DNA from: Promethearchaeota archaeon
GTDB taxonomy: Archaea; Asgardarchaeota; Lokiarchaeia; Sigyniarchaeales; SOKP01
Assembly (NCBI GenBank): GCA_048938025.1
Contig: JBHLMP010000049.1
Coordinates: 1-28,333, forward strand
Length of the DNA: 28,333 nt
Reading direction: 5' to 3'
Part shown: positions 25,531 through 28,333 of the stretch, in pieces
Layout of the letters: each line of letters opens with the position of its first letter
Position numbering within the stretch: position 1 is the first letter of the stretch
Notes under the pieces: model-generated
Seen by the model: the letters and a program-made list of their open reading frames with translations, nothing else
What the model was told of the DNA's origin: nothing
The model's database searches: none
Translations under genes and position numbers: made by a program

Positions 25531-27744
25531 GTGGAACAATCACTTGGATGGAATGAAAAAACATTAAAAGAAATGTTAGAAGAAAGTGAGAGATTATTTC
25601 AAGAAACAGGGAGGTATTACGGTCTTGATGAATTAACATTAAAAAAAGAAGACCCTTTTCGTTTTGAACGTAATTATGCTTCTTTAAGAGGAGCACTTGT
25701 ATCCGCCAGAGAAACAGCATTACGTGTTGCTGCTTCCCCAATTGTAAAAGAGATTGGTGAATTATGTTTTGCGTTATACACTCCCGAGGGAGATTCTTTA
25801 GTTGTATCAACTGGAATTTTGGTCCATGTTCACACTATGAGTGAAGCAGTTAAATTTATTGTTCGTGAAGAATATGAAGAGGATCCTGGCATTAATCCTG
25901 GTGACATATTTCTTAATAATGATCCTGATTGTGGTAATGTTCATACTACAGATGTTCAAACTTTGATACCAATATTTTGGAAAGATGAACTAATAGGTTG
26001 GGCTGGCGGTGTAACCCATCAAATTGATACTGGAGGAATTACACCTGGTCATGATCTAACAGCTGCTATTCAACGTTTTGATGATGGGGTGTACTATACC
26101 TGTCGAAAAATTGGATCAAATGATAAAATATGGAAAGATCATATGATAAATGCTAGAAGATCAGTTAGGACTCCTATGTACTGGGAACTTGATGAAAAAT
26201 GTAGACTAGCAGGTGATCTAATGATTCGAGATGCAGTTTTAGAATTTATTGAAAAGGAAGGAATTGATTACTATAAGCGATTTATTCGTGAAGCAATTGA
26301 AGAAGGTAGAAGAGTTTTCCAAGAACGTGTGAGAGAAAGGTTAATACCCGGAAGGTATAGAGCTGCATCTTTTATCGATGCTGCATTTAAAGAAGAAGCT
26401 TGGCAACCAAAAGCCCAAGTAGATGCAATCAGTAATCAACCTTTAGAAATTATAGTTAAAGAAGATGGAATACTTTCCTTATCTTTTGATGGCGCTAGTG
26501 CATATAAGCATTTTTCATTTAACTGCGGAAAAGGAGCGATGGAGGGTGGTCAATGGGTATTATTGACACAAATCTTAATATATGGAGATAAAGTGAATGA
26601 TGGCGCTTATTTTGCTGTAGAAAAGAATTATCCTTTAGGAACATGGTCTAATCCTGGGGACCCATATTTATCGTACCAACTCCCGTGGGGTAATCTAATC
26701 CCAGCTTACACTGGAATGATGAAATGTATTTCTTACGGATTATTCTCACGCGGATATCGAGAAGAAGTTGTTCCAGGATATGGTCTCACTGGAGATGGTA
26801 TCCAAGGAGGCGGAATTTATGTCACCGGACCACTTAAAGGACAAAGATGGGCGCTTTCAACATTCGAAATAAGTGGACAAGGTTTAGGTGCAAGTGCAGT
26901 AAGAGATGGATTAAACTACGGCTATGCAATGTGGAATCCTGAAGCGGATCTTGGTGATGTAGAAACCTGGGAGCTTTTTCAAGGTGGTGTACCTTATTTA
27001 GCTAGAAAGACTAAACCCAATACAGCAGGTTTTGGTAAATATCGAGGAGGAACAGCTTTTGCTGGCATTGGTATCGTGGCTTTTTCGAAGGAAGTTGATT
27101 TTTTTGGAGCTCGAGAGGGCTTATGCTTTCATGGAACTGGTGGCATGCACGGTGGTTATCCAAATGCTACAGGATATCGGTTATATGCGAAAAATGCTAA
27201 CATGGAAGAGATAATTAAAAATCAAGGTGATTACCCATTAGGAGACCCTGATCCTTCAAATGGTGAATTTGAAAAATTCTTAAAAGGGGATATTGTAAGA
27301 AAACCTTACTGTACAATTTATCCAGTGAATCTCGAAAATTATGATCTTTTTTATCACACTCAAAGTGGTGGTCCAGGTTACGGTGATCCATTAGAGAGAA
27401 AAATTGAATTAGTAAAGAAAGATTTAGACGATGAAATTTATAGTAAAGATACTGTTTATAGGGTATATGGTGTAGTAGCAGAATATGATGATAATAAAGG
27501 AGAATGGGTAATAAATGAGGAGGCGACTCAGACACATCGTGAAGAATTATTAAATGAAAGAAAGGAAAAGTCAATGTCTTTTGAAGATTTTTGGGAGCTT
27601 GAAAGGCAAAAAATTACAGAAAATAAGTTAAATGATCCTGTAAAGTCAATGCTTTCAGAAAGCTTGGAACTCTCTAATAAATGGGCAAAAGAATTTCGAA
27701 AATTTTGGAAATTTCCTGAAAATTTTAAATTGGAGGTGAAATAA
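25531..27744 (+). CDS. acxB: Acetone carboxylase alpha subunit (hydantoinase B family)
   Basis: LRGALVSARETA...ASPIVKEIGELCFALY, STGILVHVHTM, putative metal ligands GNVHTTD and GVTHQIDTG, RTPMYWELDEKCR, MWNPEADLGD and GGPGYGDPLER. Confidence 0.87.
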   Translation: MEQSLGWNEKTLKEMLEESERLFQETGRYYGLDELTLKKEDPFRFERNYASLRGALVSARETALRVAASPIVKEIGELCFALYTPEGDSLVVSTGILVHVHTMSEAVKFIVREEYEEDPGINPGDIFLNNDPDCGNVHTTDVQTLIPIFWKDELIGWAGGVTHQIDTGGITPGHDLTAAIQRFDDGVYYTCRKIGSNDKIWKDHMINARRSVRTPMYWELDEKCRLAGDLMIRDAVLEFIEKEGIDYYKRFIREAIEEGRRVFQERVRERLIPGRYRAASFIDAAFKEEAWQPKAQVDAISNQPLEIIVKEDGILSLSFDGASAYKHFSFNCGKGAMEGGQWVLLTQILIYGDKVNDGAYFAVEKNYPLGTWSNPGDPYLSYQLPWGNLIPAYTGMMKCISYGLFSRGYREEVVPGYGLTGDGIQGGGIYVTGPLKGQRWALSTFEISGQGLGASAVRDGLNYGYAMWNPEADLGDVETWELFQGGVPYLARKTKPNTAGFGKYRGGTAFAGIGIVAFSKEVDFFGAREGLCFHGTGGMHGGYPNATGYRLYAKNANMEEIIKNQGDYPLGDPDPSNGEFEKFLKGDIVRKPYCTIYPVNLENYDLFYHTQSGGPGYGDPLERKIELVKKDLDDEIYSKDTVYRVYGVVAEYDDNKGEWVINEEATQTHREELLNERKEKSMSFEDFWELERQKITENKLNDPVKSMLSESLELSNKWAKEFRKFWKFPENFKLEVK
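27732..27739 (+). promoter_or_regulatory. Shine-Dalgarno GGAGGTGA for acxC, inside the 3' end of acxB
   Basis: Strong SD consensus ending 5 nt upstream of ATG 27745. Confidence 0.75.
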
Positions 27745-28239
27745 ATGGTAAAATACGATAAAAAAACATTAGAGAGATTAATTGATGGAGATTTAACTTG
27801 GATTGAATTAAAGCCAATAATTAGTGGAAGAAAAGATCCCACTCGATTTGACATGATTTTAGAGATTCTTCAAGAAAAAGTACCATGGAAAGAAAAAATA
27901 ATTTTACCTTTACACGAGCATCTTTATATTGTAGCTAAGAGTAATCAAAGAATTGTTAAATGCGATTGTGGGCATGAATTTGGAGATTACAGAACAAATT
28001 GGAAAACTAAATGCCGTGTGCGAGTAAGAGACACCACTGAAGAGATTGATGAGCTCTATCCTAAATATATGGGCTCTGATCCTGAATGGGAAGAATTAAG
28101 AGAGTATTATTGTCCTGGTTGTTATACACTTTTAGATGTTGAAGCTGTCCCACCCGGGTATCCAACAATATTCAATTTCTTACCTGAAATCGATATTTTT
28201 TATGAGAAATGGTTAGGTAGAAAAGCACCAGATAAATAA
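27745..28239 (+). CDS. acxC: Acetone carboxylase gamma subunit
   Basis: LIDGDLTW, KDPTRF, VPWKEKIILPL, Zn ligands KCDCGH and YCPGC, and VEAVPPGYP. Confidence 0.9.
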   Translation: MVKYDKKTLERLIDGDLTWIELKPIISGRKDPTRFDMILEILQEKVPWKEKIILPLHEHLYIVAKSNQRIVKCDCGHEFGDYRTNWKTKCRVRVRDTTEEIDELYPKYMGSDPEWEELREYYCPGCYTLLDVEAVPPGYPTIFNFLPEIDIFYEKWLGRKAPDK

Positions 28240-28246
28240 TATAAAC

Positions 28247-28256
28247 TTTTTTTTTT
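28247..28256 (+). terminator. Oligo-T (T10) archaeal-type terminator after acxC
   Basis: A run of 10 T begins 8 nt after the acxC stop. Confidence 0.55.
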
Positions 28257-28272
28257 CTTATTTAACTAAGAG

Positions 28273-28333
28273 TTAATAATATGTATCAGGAAGAGATGGT
28301 TTTTTTGGAAATAGAATTTTAATCAATTCTTCT
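28273..28333 (-). CDS. Possible 3' end of a convergent gene running off the window (…EELIKILFPKKPSLPDTYY*)
   Basis: Open minus-strand frame from the window edge to TAA at 28273-28275. It is too short to be sure. Confidence 0.35.
   Translation of the reverse strand, partial: EELIKILFPKKPSLPDTYY

Noticed and set aside
1375-27854. Short overlapping ORFs in the track (e.g. 1375, 2780, 4167, 4610, 6847, 7253, 8777, 9082, 11977, 12723, 13850, 14825, 16267, 19050, 23640, 24205-25810, 27032-27854)
   Set aside because: All lie within or across well-supported genes, on the opposite strand or another frame, and show no recognisable motifs.
23393-28239. Higher GC of the acx operon as evidence of a recent mobile island
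   Set aside because: Gly/Ala/Pro-rich protein composition largely explains it. Third codon positions remain A/T-rich, and no integrase, transposase, tRNA or flanking repeats are seen.
1-28333. tRNA, rRNA, CRISPR, IS elements and individual TATA/BRE promoters
   Set aside because: No GC-rich structured RNA, repeat-spacer array or transposase is visible. TATA-like strings are too frequent at this AT content to call.

Overview
This is a very AT-rich, gene-dense archaeal chromosomal segment. Its content points to an Asgard archaeon, probably Lokiarchaeia-like: small GTPase-roadblock fusions, longin domains, a gelsolin domain, eL13 and an archaeosortase. I call 25 complete CDS and possibly one partial CDS at the right edge. 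I see no RNA gene, CRISPR array or mobile element. Housekeeping and metabolic genes are an archaeosortase, a lone MtrH, an AIR-synthase-like protein, a LOG-like protein, a PD-(D/E)xK nuclease, eL13, a Trm9-like methyltransferase, a YkgJ protein, Ogg and a complete acetone-carboxylase-type acxABC operon. The most notable signal is a dispersed set of parts resembling the eukaryotic Rag/Ragulator/FLCN-GATOR1 machinery. (1) There are three Rag-like GTPase-roadblock proteins, and two carry an extra N-terminal uDENN/longin-like domain. One of these has a DxxARG motif like the FLCN/SMCR8 arginine finger; its paralog lacks the Arg. (2) There is a Zn-ribbon-roadblock protein and a longin-winged-helix protein. 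(3) There is a large single-pass CUB-domain surface protein with a cytoplasmic longin-winged-helix tail. An NrdD-like protein that keeps its ATP-cone but lacks the radical cysteines and the glycyl-radical domain lies directly upstream of the Arg-finger GTPase. All family calls come from motif recognition by eye, and reference sequences are quoted from memory. No searches were run.
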